A model generated the notes under the pieces. The model did no database searches. It worked only from the letters and a program-made list of their open reading frames with translations, and was not told the DNA's origin. Shown piece after piece: positions 45,135 to 54,216 of a DNA stretch of 64,000 bases. Position 1 is the stretch's first letter. Every line of letters starts with the position of its first letter. The translations under genes and the position numbers were made by a program. This DNA is from Burkholderiales bacterium (lineage in GTDB: Bacteria > Pseudomonadota > Gammaproteobacteria > Burkholderiales > JACQAP01): positions 40,583 to 104,582 of the forward strand of contig JBJMWI010000176.1 in the NCBI GenBank assembly GCA_045810225.1, written 5' to 3'.

Positions 45135-47725
45135 TCCTGGTGCTCCTGCAGTACGTTCAGTTTCTCGTAGACCCGGCACAAGGTCTGCAGATCGCACAGG
45201 CGGCAGGTGGCAAGCTCGTTCCTCGGATCAACGCGCGCGTCGCCCGCTGCAAATGCGATGCCCAGAGACTCCGCCTCCTTGCGCCACAGCGTGAACAATC
45301 CCTCCCAGTCGCGCCGCTGCTCCACATTGGGAATACTGTGCGCATCGCGCGAGTAGCCCATGTATTTCATGTCGCCGGGCCTGAGCTTGGCGAAAGTCAC
45401 GGCGGCAATGTCCTCCTTCGCGCTGATCGCGTAAAGCGCGAGTTGCGGCTCGTCGGGACGCGGCGGGTCCCAATGCTTTGGCGATACCATGTTGCCGGTC
45501 TTGTAATCGATGAGTGCGTGGCCCCCGGATTGGAGCTTGTCGAGGCGGTCGATGCGGCCGGAAAATTCCAGACCGGCGACCGCGATGGTGCGCGTTTCCT
45601 CCAGTGCGGAAATATCAAAACCGCTGCGCGTCTTCTCAAGCTCGAGCCATTCACGCGCCAGCCGCGCGAGACGCACCCGCTCAAGTTCGGCAAAGCGTCC
45701 TTCGATGCCAAGTTCTTTGACGGCGGCCTGCGCTGCGCGAGTGATGACCGACTCGAGATCGCCATGCAGATTGCGGCTCGACTGCAGATCGGTCCAGATG
45801 TTCCTCATCAAAGCATGCAGCAGCCTGCCACGGTCGGACGCATCGAGCCCGGCTGCCGGTTCATCGAGGACTTCGGCGTGAAGGCGCCAGCGTGCATACG
45901 CGCGGAACGGGCAGGCTGCCTGATCGGCCAGGACACGGGTGCCGCCGCGCACCGATTTCCCGGTGATGCGCGGTGCGGTGTTGTCGGCAACCAACTCGAG
46001 GCTCCCGTTCGCGAACAGCACATCCCGATAACGCGGGAAGTCGGGCAGCGCGATCTCGCCCTGTGCGACGTCGAGGATCAGCGGGCTGGGCGCAAGATTA
46101 TGATCCGCCTCCTGCTGCGCATGCGAGAACACGACTTCCTGCGCCGCTACTTTCCAATCAGCGGTCAGGCGCCGATCGAGTTCAAGCGAGCCTTCGGCAC
46201 TCGCCGCCGGAATGCCAGCCTTTTTTTGTAGCGCAATGGGAATGAAGGGGTTGGCGCGCGCCGCTAATGGCCAGGCCTCATCGGTGAGTCCGCTGACCCA
46301 CAGGCAATCGAAGCGCAGGCCTGCAGACTCGAGGATGCCGAGCACCTGGATCGGCATTTGCCCCGATTCGGGCTGGAACAGTGTGTCGCTGCACAGACGC
46401 TGCAGCGCGACTATGGCCCCTTCGATACTCATCGCGCGTGACACGCTTTGCAGTGCCGACAATTCGTTTAACAGTTCATGCCACTTTGCGAGCGTCTGAA
46501 ACTCGTCCGAGTCGAGCGCCCGTTCGCCTGGAAATCCGGCGGCATCGAGCAGCGCCGAAAAACGCCGGGCCCAGCCGCTTGGCGTCTGGTCGACGGATTC
46601 CTTCGCAACCGAAAGAACAGCTTCGAGTCGCGCACGTAACACCGGGCAGTCGGGGACCAGGGCAATGAGCTTGGGCAGCGTCACGCTCGCGTCGATCGTG
46701 CGGCGTACTCTCGCATCAAGCCGCGCGCGGCGCTCCATTTCTGATTCCGCGCCGCCGAGAAACGGCGAACGGATCAAGCGGCTTGCGACAGTAAACTCCA
46801 CCTCGTGGAAGCAGAACCGGATCAGGTCGAGGGCAGCGGCGACCAGCGCATATTGCGCCAGTGGCTGGCCGATGGATACGTTGCACGGCAACGTTGCCTT
46901 TTCAAGGCCAGGAAGGTTATAGCCAGGCTGCATGACGCGCGAAAACATGCGCACGACTTCCTCGCGTCGCTGCTGCAATTCGGGCACGACCACACCGATA
47001 CGCCTTGAACCCTGTTCGAGCCTGGCGCGCGCCCATGCGGCTGCGCTTTCGAGCTCCAGCTTTGCGGAGGCGAAGGAGGTGCGCACCACTGAACCCTGCA
47101 GCGGCTCCGCCTTGCATACTGCCCACGTGAACTTGTTGAGGAAGGCAATCGTCTGCGGCGGCAGGATGTCGAACCCATAGGCGACCACGAGCTTCGGTTT
47201 GTTCAACCGGTCCAGGAGACCCGTCATGAGATCCGGCAGGCGGGCGCTGTCGGTCTGACCTCGGGTCTTGTCGTCGTAACTTGCGCACCAGAAATTAAAA
47301 GCAGCGGCGTCCTCATTGCCTGCCTGGGTAGCGATGCGCCAGGCATGCCGCAACCGCCAAGCGTCGCGACATTGCGCGGCCGCTTGTGCAATTGACAGCA
47401 GGGCACTTTGACCTACGATCTGCTCCCAGAGCGACTGCTCCTGAGACGGAGTGATCAGCAGCGGAAGCTGTGGCGTGATGTCCGAGTAAAGCGCGTCCTC
47501 GTAAAGTCGCTCCACCAGAGTGCCGAACGGCACAATATCCGCGGGTTCCCAAGCGCTGAGGCCCAAGGCGATCTGTGTCTCGTCGAATTCACGTGCAAGC
47601 GTCTGCGCAAGGCGCCGATTAGGCGTCACGACTACAATGCCAGCGCAATGTCCAGTTGACAGACGCGTGAAGAGTTCACGCTTTGGCAGTATCGGGAAAT
47701 CCGCGCCGACGGTCATGGGCGCCAA
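45131..47725 (-). CDS. addB: AddB-type PD-(D/E)XK nuclease subunit (Fe-S cluster type)
   Basis: No intact helicase motifs were seen. The nuclease motif is GRIDRLD...ALIDYKTG. Cys ligands are ACPFRAY plus the C-terminal CRLCDLQTLC. It is translationally coupled to addA. Confidence 0.8.
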   Translation of the reverse strand: MAPMTVGADFPILPKRELFTRLSTGHCAGIVVVTPNRRLAQTLAREFDETQIALGLSAWEPADIVPFGTLVERLYEDALYSDITPQLPLLITPSQEQSLWEQIVGQSALLSIAQAAAQCRDAWRLRHAWRIATQAGNEDAAAFNFWCASYDDKTRGQTDSARLPDLMTGLLDRLNKPKLVVAYGFDILPPQTIAFLNKFTWAVCKAEPLQGSVVRTSFASAKLELESAAAWARARLEQGSRRIGVVVPELQQRREEVVRMFSRVMQPGYNLPGLEKATLPCNVSIGQPLAQYALVAAALDLIRFCFHEVEFTVASRLIRSPFLGGAESEMERRARLDARVRRTIDASVTLPKLIALVPDCPVLRARLEAVLSVAKESVDQTPSGWARRFSALLDAAGFPGERALDSDEFQTLAKWHELLNELSALQSVSRAMSIEGAIVALQRLCSDTLFQPESGQMPIQVLGILESAGLRFDCLWVSGLTDEAWPLAARANPFIPIALQKKAGIPAASAEGSLELDRRLTADWKVAAQEVVFSHAQQEADHNLAPSPLILDVAQGEIALPDFPRYRDVLFANGSLELVADNTAPRITGKSVRGGTRVLADQAACPFRAYARWRLHAEVLDEPAAGLDASDRGRLLHALMRNIWTDLQSSRNLHGDLESVITRAAQAAVKELGIEGRFAELERVRLARLAREWLELEKTRSGFDISALEETRTIAVAGLEFSGRIDRLDKLQSGGHALIDYKTGNMVSPKHWDPPRPDEPQLALYAISAKEDIAAVTFAKLRPGDMKYMGYSRDAHSIPNVEQRRDWEGLFTLWRKEAESLGIAFAAGDARVDPRNELATCRLCDLQTLCRVYEKLNVLQEHQE

Positions 47726-47771
47726 TCTAATGCAGTCGCGGCCGTGCCGTCAGGCAGCAGGCAAAATAAAA

Positions 47772-48098
47772 TTAACCTCGATCCAGCAAGTTCAATTTGT
47801 CCTTGGTGTCCTTCCATGCGTCCGCGTCCGCAGGCGCGTCTTTTTTTTCCGTCAGCACTGGCCACACCTTCGATAACTCGGCATTCAACTGCAGAAAAAC
47901 CCGCTGCTTTTCCGGCACATCGTCCTCGGCGAAAATGGCTTCGACCGGACATTCGGCTACGCATAGCGTGCAATCGATGCATTCATCCGGATCGATGACC
48001 AACATGTTAGGCCCTTCGCGGAAACAATCCACGGGACACACATCCACGCAATCGGTGTACTTGCATTTGATACAGCTTTCGGTGACGACGTAGGTCAT
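47772..48098 (-). CDS. fdxA: 7Fe ferredoxin (FdxA type)
   Basis: [26 protein letters not shown] ... [12 protein letters not shown] are the [3Fe-4S][4Fe-4S] ferredoxin Cys motifs. The start is at the internal ATG. Confidence 0.92.
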   Translation of the reverse strand: MTYVVTESCIKCKYTDCVDVCPVDCFREGPNMLVIDPDECIDCTLCVAECPVEAIFAEDDVPEKQRVFLQLNAELSKVWPVLTEKKDAPADADAWKDTKDKLNLLDRG

Positions 48099-48430
48099 TA
48101 CTAATCCTTGTGGGAAGCGTCTTGTATCTTGAATTGGCGGGTACAAAAGTTTTGGCTTCGCGCGGTTTTTGTGCCATCAACCGTGGCGCAACGCAGCAAT
48201 CAGGAACGCTATTCTAGCAAAAAGATGTCGCGGAACCAGCGCGTTACGGCCGCAGTCGATATGACTATGTCACGGAACTACAAGCCAATTTCCCGGAGAT
48301 CGAGGAATGCCGGCCACAGGCGCTTCCCTTCCAAAAATTTATTCGCTAGCATACGTTCAAACCTTCAGAACGCAGTTCGTCCGAACGGCGCTTTTTCCAG
48401 AACGTTATTCATTGCCGAGGCTATTCATAC

Positions 48431-48757
48431 ATGAACGAGCATATACATCACATCACCGACGACACGTTCGAACCGGAGGTGCTTCAGTCCCAGGTTCCGG
48501 TATTGGTGGATTACTGGGCCGAATGGTGCGGGCCGTGCAAAATGATTGCGCCTATCCTTGACGAAGTCGCGACCGAGTATTCGGGTCGGCTTAAAGTGGC
48601 CAAGCTCAATATCGACGAGAATCAGGGTACGCCGCCGAAGTATGGCATCCGGGGCATTCCCACACTGATGCTGTTCAAGAACGGCAACATTGAAGCCACC
48701 AAGGTCGGTGCCGTATCTAAATCGCAACTTACGGCCTTTATTGACAGCAATATCTAA
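48431..48757 (+). CDS. trxA: thioredoxin
   Basis: 108 aa with [18 protein letters not shown]. Confidence 0.97.
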   Translation: MNEHIHHITDDTFEPEVLQSQVPVLVDYWAEWCGPCKMIAPILDEVATEYSGRLKVAKLNIDENQGTPPKYGIRGIPTLMLFKNGNIEATKVGAVSKSQLTAFIDSNI

Positions 48758-48890
48758 ACTCGCTAGGCTTCACTCTGTACTGGTGGGCGAGTGCGCTTTG
48801 GATTAAAACAGCGCCGCAACCAGTGACGGGCATCCCTCCCCGTTTCACATCTTCTCGATCGTTCCCATCGTCTTGCTAAGCCCCTCGTTT

Positions 48891-50150
48891 ATGCATTTGT
48901 CCGACCTGAAAAACCTCCACGTAACCGAACTCGTGGAGATGGCAATCTCCAACGAAGTCGAGAATGCCAACCGAATGCGCAAGCAGGACCTGATTTTCGC
49001 GCTATTGAAAAATCAGGCCAAAAAAGGCGAGAGCATTTTCGGTGAAGGAACCCTCGAAGTACTCCCAGACGGTTTCGGATTCCTGCGATCTCCGGACACC
49101 TCTTATCTCGCCGGGCCTGATGACATATATGTCAGCCCGTCCCAGATACGTCGATTCAATCTGCATACGGGCGATTCAATCGAAGGAGAGATTCGAACCC
49201 CTAAAGACGGTGAACGCTATTTCGCGCTGGTCAAGGTAGACAAGGTCAACGCGGAACCTCCCGAGAATTCCAAGCACAAGATACTGTTCGAGAACCTGAC
49301 TCCGCTTTTTCCTACCGAGCAATTCAAGATGGAGCGGGACATCAAGTCAGAAGAAAACCTTACCGGCCGCATCATCGATATCATTGCGCCGATCGGCAAA
49401 GGCCAGCGCGGCCTCCTGGTGGCCAGCCCGAAAAGCGGCAAGACCGTCATGCTGCAGCACATTGCACACTCCATCGCAGCCAATTTCCCGGATGTCTATC
49501 TGATTGTGCTGCTCATTGACGAGCGTCCCGAAGAAGTTACGGAAATGCAGCGTTCGGTCAAAGGTGAAGTGGTGTCGTCGACTTTCGATGAACCGGCCAC
49601 CCGCCATGTGCAGGTCGCCGAGATGGTGCTGGAAAAAGCGAAGCGGCTGGTGGAGCACAAAAAACATGTCGTAATCCTGCTCGATTCCATTACTCGTCTT
49701 GCCCGGGCATATAACACAGTGGTACCAGCTTCGGGCAAGGTATTGACGGGCGGCGTGGATGCCAATGCACTGCAGCGGCCGAAGCGATTCTTCGGCGCCG
49801 CGCGCAACATTGAAGAAGGCGGATCGCTAACCATTATCGCGACCGCGTTGATCGACACGGGCTCCCGCATGGACGATGTGATTTACGAAGAATTCAAGGG
49901 CACCGGCAACATGGAAATCCATCTCGATCGCCGAATGGCGGAGAAACGGATCTATCCTTCAATCAACGTGAACCGTTCCGGTACGCGCCGCGAAGAGTTG
50001 CTGATCGAGAAAGATATCCTGCAGAAGATCTGGGTTTTGCGGAAACTGCTTTATCCCATGGACGAGCTGGAAGCGACCGAATTCCTCGTCGATAAACTGC
50101 GCGGTACCAAGAATAACGCGGATTTTTTTGACTCCATGCGGCGTGGATAG
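48891..50150 (+). CDS. rho: transcription termination factor Rho
   Basis: [24 protein letters not shown], the RNA-binding domain, P-loop ASPKSGKT and [18 protein letters not shown]. It ends with a TAG TAG double stop. Confidence 0.97.
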   Translation: MHLSDLKNLHVTELVEMAISNEVENANRMRKQDLIFALLKNQAKKGESIFGEGTLEVLPDGFGFLRSPDTSYLAGPDDIYVSPSQIRRFNLHTGDSIEGEIRTPKDGERYFALVKVDKVNAEPPENSKHKILFENLTPLFPTEQFKMERDIKSEENLTGRIIDIIAPIGKGQRGLLVASPKSGKTVMLQHIAHSIAANFPDVYLIVLLIDERPEEVTEMQRSVKGEVVSSTFDEPATRHVQVAEMVLEKAKRLVEHKKHVVILLDSITRLARAYNTVVPASGKVLTGGVDANALQRPKRFFGAARNIEEGGSLTIIATALIDTGSRMDDVIYEEFKGTGNMEIHLDRRMAEKRIYPSINVNRSGTRREELLIEKDILQKIWVLRKLLYPMDELEATEFLVDKLRGTKNNADFFDSMRRG

Positions 50151-50340
50151 TAGCGGGGATGGGATAATTCGCGCCCTGCCCGCTCGAGCGTGACTCGTTA
50201 GCCGCAGGCCCGTTTGCGGGAACACGAGACAGACTCGGCATTGGTATGTTTCCACGCTCTCCCTGACTCGGCTCCGCCCCAAGCTACGCCCGCCGGAGAG
50301 CCGAGTCCGGCCGGCTACGCCCGTAACGAGTCCGGGCTCG
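50053..50340 (+). repeat. tandem duplication unit 1 (rho codons for the last ~32 aa, spacer, and structured element copy A)
   Basis: Colinear with 50341-50628 at an offset of 286-288 nt. Identity is mosaic (details in the findings). Confidence 0.85.
50173..50306 (+). repeat. structured ~133-nt element, copy A
   Basis: It differs from copy B at 5 positions by my alignment. Nested inverted repeats are present: 50184-50200 pairs with 50324-50341, 50202-50206 with 50215-50219, and 50265-50274 with 50298-50307. Confidence 0.8.
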
Positions 50341-50438
50341 ATCCCTTGGACGAGCTGGAAGCAACCGAATTCCTCGTCGATAAACTGCGCGGCACCAAGA
50401 ATAACGCGGACTTCTTCGATTCAATGCGAAGAGGTTAA
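50341..50438 (+). pseudogene. detached second copy of the rho 3' end (codes [30 protein letters not shown]-stop)
   Basis: 98 nt align with 50053-50150. I count 13 nt differences in 12 codons: one M->L change, ten synonymous changes and a TAG->TAA stop change. Confidence 0.8.
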
Positions 50439-50459
50439 CGTTTGTCGACGAAGTCCCGT

Positions 50460-50593
50460 GCCCTACCCGCTCGAGCGTGACTCGTTAGCCGCAGGCCCGT
50501 TTGCGGGAACGCGAGACCGACTCGGCGTTGGTATGTTTCCACGCTCTCCCTGACTCGGCTCCGCCCCAAGCTACGCCAGCCGGAGAGCCGAGG
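50460..50593 (+). repeat. structured ~133-nt element, copy B
   Basis: Same sequence as copy A apart from 5 substitutions. A possible alternative closing arm AACGAGTC lies at 50632-50639. Confidence 0.8.
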
Positions 50594-50696
50594 CCGCCGA
50601 ATACACCGATGACGAGTTGCGTGCTATTCAGCAACGAGTCGGCTTGCATATCGGATAACGGCCCCCATTTAGAACCTGTGATGCACTGTCCCGGGG

Positions 50697-50725
50697 TTGC
50701 CAATCGGGGGATTCCTGTGGATAAT
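50697..50725 (+). promoter_or_regulatory. candidate sigma-70 promoter for rpmE
   Basis: TTGCCA (50697-50702), a 17-nt spacer, then GATAAT (50720-50725), about 50 nt upstream of the rpmE ATG. Confidence 0.4.
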
Positions 50726-50774
50726 CCGCCCCCTTCGGAAGCGCAAATCCCGCTTTCAACAGAAAGGAATCGAC

Positions 50775-51002
50775 ATGAAACCCGAAATTCACCCTGAGTA
50801 CGCTGACGTAGCGGTGACCTGCAGTTGCGGTCACACATTTACTACGCGCTCGACGTTGGGCAAACCGTTGCACGTGGAAGTATGTTCTGCGTGTCACCCC
50901 TTCTATACCGGAAAGCAAAAAATTGTCGATACGGCGGGACGCGTAGAAAAGTTCCGTCAGAAATACGGCAAGAAAACCGATAGCAAACCAGCCGCAAGCT
51001 GA
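50775..51002 (+). CDS. rpmE: 50S ribosomal protein L31 (Zn-ribbon type A)
   Basis: MKPEIHPEY...CSCGH...[20 protein letters not shown] precedes the ATG. Confidence 0.96.
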   Translation: MKPEIHPEYADVAVTCSCGHTFTTRSTLGKPLHVEVCSACHPFYTGKQKIVDTAGRVEKFRQKYGKKTDSKPAAS

Positions 51003-51023
51003 AACAGCAAAGCGTCAGGAGAA

Positions 51024-51046
51024 GAGGCAGCGAAGGCTGCCTCTTT
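51024..51046 (+). terminator. intrinsic terminator after rpmE
   Basis: GAGGCAGC-gaag-GCTGCCTC followed by TTTGCGTTT. Confidence 0.6.
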
Positions 51047-51207
51047 GCGTTTATTGCGGCCAAACTTAGCACAGTTCGGTATGGGCGCAACGATTAGAAT
51101 ACGCCAGGATCGGCACACGGCTTCAGGTATTCCGTGCGATCAGTGCGTCCGGGGCAGCATCCATGGCGATTCATAATCTTGCAGCGTACGGCTAACTGAA
51201 GAGACCT

Positions 51208-52869
51208 ATGCTTCGCCCTGCTCATCTATTGCGCAGCGATAGATTCGCCACGCACATCAGCGAAAATCCGGTCACGCTCGCAGTCGGGCTCTGCATAGCA
51301 TGGATTCTACTGGGGCTGATCGGGCATGATCCGTGGAAGCCGGATGAGGCCCACATCTTTGGTGTCGTGTATCAGTTGCTGAAGGGAAGTGACTGGGTTA
51401 TCCCGCAGCTTGCTGGAGAACCTTATCTCGACAAACCACCGCTCATTTATCTAACGGCCGCGTTGACCAGCTCACTGTTCTCGCCCGTTTTGGCATTGCA
51501 TGATGGAGCTCGACTAGCCGCAGGCCTGTATATCGCTGTCACCATGTTGTTTGTAGCGATAACTGCAAGCGAACTATACGGGGGCAACAAGAGCTGGGTC
51601 GCCGCCCTCATGTTGCTGGGCTGCGGAGGTCTGCTGTTGCGTGGACACCAGCTGATCCCCGACACCGCGTTTGTGGCGGGAACCGCGATCGGGCTTTACG
51701 CACTCGCCATTTCGGCACGCAGGCCGCTGATCGCAGGGTTATGGTTGGGTACGGGTCTCGGCGTTTGCTTTTTGTCAGAAGGTTTTGTGGAACCGGTCAT
51801 GCTCTTGATGACCATGGCCCTGTTGCCGGTTGTCTCTCCGTATTGGCGTACGAGGCAGTATTTATGGACCATCATCATTGCCGTCGTAGCCGCGCTCCCA
51901 TGGGCCGTAATCTGGCCGCTGCTACTGGAAGCACGCTCCCCGCGCCTATTTTCTGAATGGTTCTGGGTCAAAAACATCGATAGATTAAAAAGCATTTTCA
52001 TATTCACGCCGGATGAAAATTACCTTTACTATCTGACTGTGCTGCCTTGGCTTGCTTGGCCTGCATGGCCTTTCGCGGTGTGGAGCCTCTGGGCAGAAGG
52101 GCGAGCCGGGCTGCAGAAGCCGGGGGTCATTCTTCCTTTGACGGCATTTGTTGCGTTCTTCGTCTTTCTCAGCATTCTCGGCGAGGGGCGTGACAGGTTC
52201 GGCATGCCATTGCTGCTGCCGATCTCACTTCTTGCTGTTGTATCGTTCGAAAGCCTGCGGCGGGGAGCGGCCAATCTTTACTACTGGTTCGCAATAATTC
52301 TGTTCAGTTTTTTTGCGGTCGTAGGCTGGTTTTACTGGATGGCAATCGACCTCGGTATTCCGTCCCGGCTGTGGAAACATATGATGGACATGCAGCCAGC
52401 TTATCAGGCTGGGGAAAGCGCTTTCTCAGTGGCGCTTGCGGCGGCCTTTACGATTGCCTGGTTTGTGCTGCTATTCAATGTCAAGCGCCGGCCCGAGCGA
52501 CCGGTCATTACGTGGGCAGCGGGAATCACATTACTGTGGGCACTTGTAACCTTGCTGTTGGTCCGATACATCGATACTGGTAAAACATACCGGGCCGTAT
52601 TCAATCAGTTGTCACAGGCATTGCCCGCCGGCCATGGCTGCATTTACAGTCGTTCACTGGGCGAGCCTCAAAGGGCCATGCTGGATTATTTCGGACATAT
52701 TCTGACAGTGAGGCTTGAAAAAAAGGGCAAGCGCCCCGATTGCGACTTATTAATCATTCAAGACAAGTGGCAGTTTCCGACGCAGGTGGAAGCCCCCTGG
52801 AAGCTAATCTGGGAAGGGCGCCGCCCCGGCGACAAATTGGAACGCTTCAGGCTCTATCGACAACCATGA
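51208..52869 (+). CDS. GT39/ArnT-like membrane glycosyltransferase (undecaprenyl-phosphate-sugar-dependent type)
   Basis: 553 aa polytopic protein. The N-terminal HDPWKPDEAHIFGVVYQLL...YLDKPPLIYL matches the ArnT/PMT-family first-loop motif. Confidence 0.8.
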   Translation: MLRPAHLLRSDRFATHISENPVTLAVGLCIAWILLGLIGHDPWKPDEAHIFGVVYQLLKGSDWVIPQLAGEPYLDKPPLIYLTAALTSSLFSPVLALHDGARLAAGLYIAVTMLFVAITASELYGGNKSWVAALMLLGCGGLLLRGHQLIPDTAFVAGTAIGLYALAISARRPLIAGLWLGTGLGVCFLSEGFVEPVMLLMTMALLPVVSPYWRTRQYLWTIIIAVVAALPWAVIWPLLLEARSPRLFSEWFWVKNIDRLKSIFIFTPDENYLYYLTVLPWLAWPAWPFAVWSLWAEGRAGLQKPGVILPLTAFVAFFVFLSILGEGRDRFGMPLLLPISLLAVVSFESLRRGAANLYYWFAIILFSFFAVVGWFYWMAIDLGIPSRLWKHMMDMQPAYQAGESAFSVALAAAFTIAWFVLLFNVKRRPERPVITWAAGITLLWALVTLLLVRYIDTGKTYRAVFNQLSQALPAGHGCIYSRSLGEPQRAMLDYFGHILTVRLEKKGKRPDCDLLIIQDKWQFPTQVEAPWKLIWEGRRPGDKLERFRLYRQP

Positions 52870-53735
52870 ACGATTCACTTCAACGGTTTCTACTAGAAAG
52901 TACGCCAGTTCGCGGCGAAATTGCGCATCTGGACGCGACCTGGCGCGCCGTACTCGAACGGCGCAATTATCCCGCCCCATTAGAGCGACTGTTAGGAGAG
53001 ATGATGACAGCGGCCGCGCTGCTGTCCGCGACGCTGAAGTTCGAAGGCTCCCTGATAATGCAAATGCAGGGCAGCGGCCCGGTGCAACTGCTGGTCGTCG
53101 AAGCAACCAGTGAACAGACTCTGCGCGCGACGGCGAAATGGGACGGGGAGCTACCCGATGGTAATGTGACTGATTTGCTGGGCTCGGGGCGCTTTGTGAT
53201 CTCGATTGTGCCTTCGAACGGCAGACAGGCGTATCAGGGCGTGGTCAGCATCGAAGGGAAAAGTATCGCCCAAGTGCTTGAGCATTACATGGCGAAATCC
53301 GAACAGCTTGAAACTCGCCTGTGGCTCGCCTCCAATTCCAACCAAGCGGCCGGAATGCTGTTGCAAAAGCTGCCGGCAACATTGAGCGAAGATGCAGACG
53401 CCTGGAACCGCGCGACCCGGATCGGTGAAACAATCAAGCCCGAGGAGCTGCTGAGCTTGCCGGCGCCCGAGATTATTCGTCGGTTATATCATCAGGAAGA
53501 CGTCCGGGTGTTCGAGCCGAGGCCAGTAGCATTCCGCTGCTCGTGCTCGCACGACCGCGTCACTTCCATGTTGCGCATGCTGGGGCACGATGAAGTGCGT
53601 TCAATCATTGAAGAGCGCGGCAACGTGGAGGTCGACTGCGAATTTTGCGGTCGCCACTACGTTTTCGATGCAGTCGATGCGGAACAGGTGTTTGCGGCGG
53701 ATGTCATCATGCCGGCTGAGAAAACCAGGCACTGA
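52866..53735 (+). CDS. hslO: redox-regulated chaperone Hsp33
   Basis: Start at MNDSLQRFL (ATGA overlap with the upstream stop). VRGEIAHLD is present, with the C-terminal zinc centre CSCS...CEFC. Confidence 0.9.
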   Translation: MNDSLQRFLLESTPVRGEIAHLDATWRAVLERRNYPAPLERLLGEMMTAAALLSATLKFEGSLIMQMQGSGPVQLLVVEATSEQTLRATAKWDGELPDGNVTDLLGSGRFVISIVPSNGRQAYQGVVSIEGKSIAQVLEHYMAKSEQLETRLWLASNSNQAAGMLLQKLPATLSEDADAWNRATRIGETIKPEELLSLPAPEIIRRLYHQEDVRVFEPRPVAFRCSCSHDRVTSMLRMLGHDEVRSIIEERGNVEVDCEFCGRHYVFDAVDAEQVFAADVIMPAEKTRH

Positions 53736-53751
53736 GCAGCATTTGACTGCG

Positions 53752-54147
53752 ATGACTGAACCCGATACGCGCGTTCGAATAGACAAATGGTTGTGGGCGG
53801 CCCGCTTTTACAAAACGCGCAGCCTCGCAGCCGATGCGGTGGATTCCGGCAAAGCGAAGCTCAATAGCGAACGCGTGAAACCGGCAAAGCTGGTAAAGCC
53901 GGGAGACGTGTTGTCCATCCGCAATGGACAATCGAGCTGGGAAGTTACCGTGCTTGTGTTGAGCGAGCGTCGCGGTTCGGCCATGGTTGCTTCCATGCTT
54001 TATTGCGAATCAGACGACAGCCGGATGCAGCGAGAACGGCAGAGCGCCAGGCTAAAGGCGGAACGCATTGCAAATCCGTTTCCCGGCGGGCGCCCCACGA
54101 AACGGGCACGCCGGCAGATCATCCGGTTCATACGTGAACAAGAGTGA
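53752..54147 (+). CDS. hslR: heat shock protein 15 (S4-domain RNA-binding protein)
   Basis: VRIDKWLWAARFYKTRSLAADAV.SGKAKLN....KPAK.VK.GD is the S4 domain pattern of HslR. Confidence 0.85.
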   Translation: MTEPDTRVRIDKWLWAARFYKTRSLAADAVDSGKAKLNSERVKPAKLVKPGDVLSIRNGQSSWEVTVLVLSERRGSAMVASMLYCESDDSRMQRERQSARLKAERIANPFPGGRPTKRARRQIIRFIREQE

Positions 54148-54216
54148 AATCATGTGTCCTTCTTTGCAATACCGCCGTTGTGTTTCGCCTATGCGGTTTT
54201 TCCAGGAGATATCAAG

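Larger units (their letters stand above)
50341..50628 (+). repeat. tandem duplication unit 2 (relic rho tail, spacer, and structured element copy B)
   Basis: See unit 1. The junction lies at the atccc pentamer (50053 / 50341). Confidence 0.85.

Noticed and set aside
43944-46231. Long plus-strand ORFs (408 aa and 363 aa) opposite addA and addB.
   Set aside because: They are Arg/Ala/Gly-rich and low-complexity, and they are entirely antisense to genes with clear helicase and nuclease motifs. These are typical shadow ORFs in GC-rich DNA.
50173-50593. The possibility that the two 133-nt repeats form a CRISPR-like array.
   Set aside because: There are only two copies, the repeats are far too long, the intervening sequence is a gene fragment, and no cas genes are present.
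50501-50797. 98-aa ORF running from structured element copy B into the rpmE leader.
   Set aside because: It is a translation of the repeat (its first 30 aa mirror the ORF in copy A). It overlaps the rpmE promoter and SD, and has no SD of its own.
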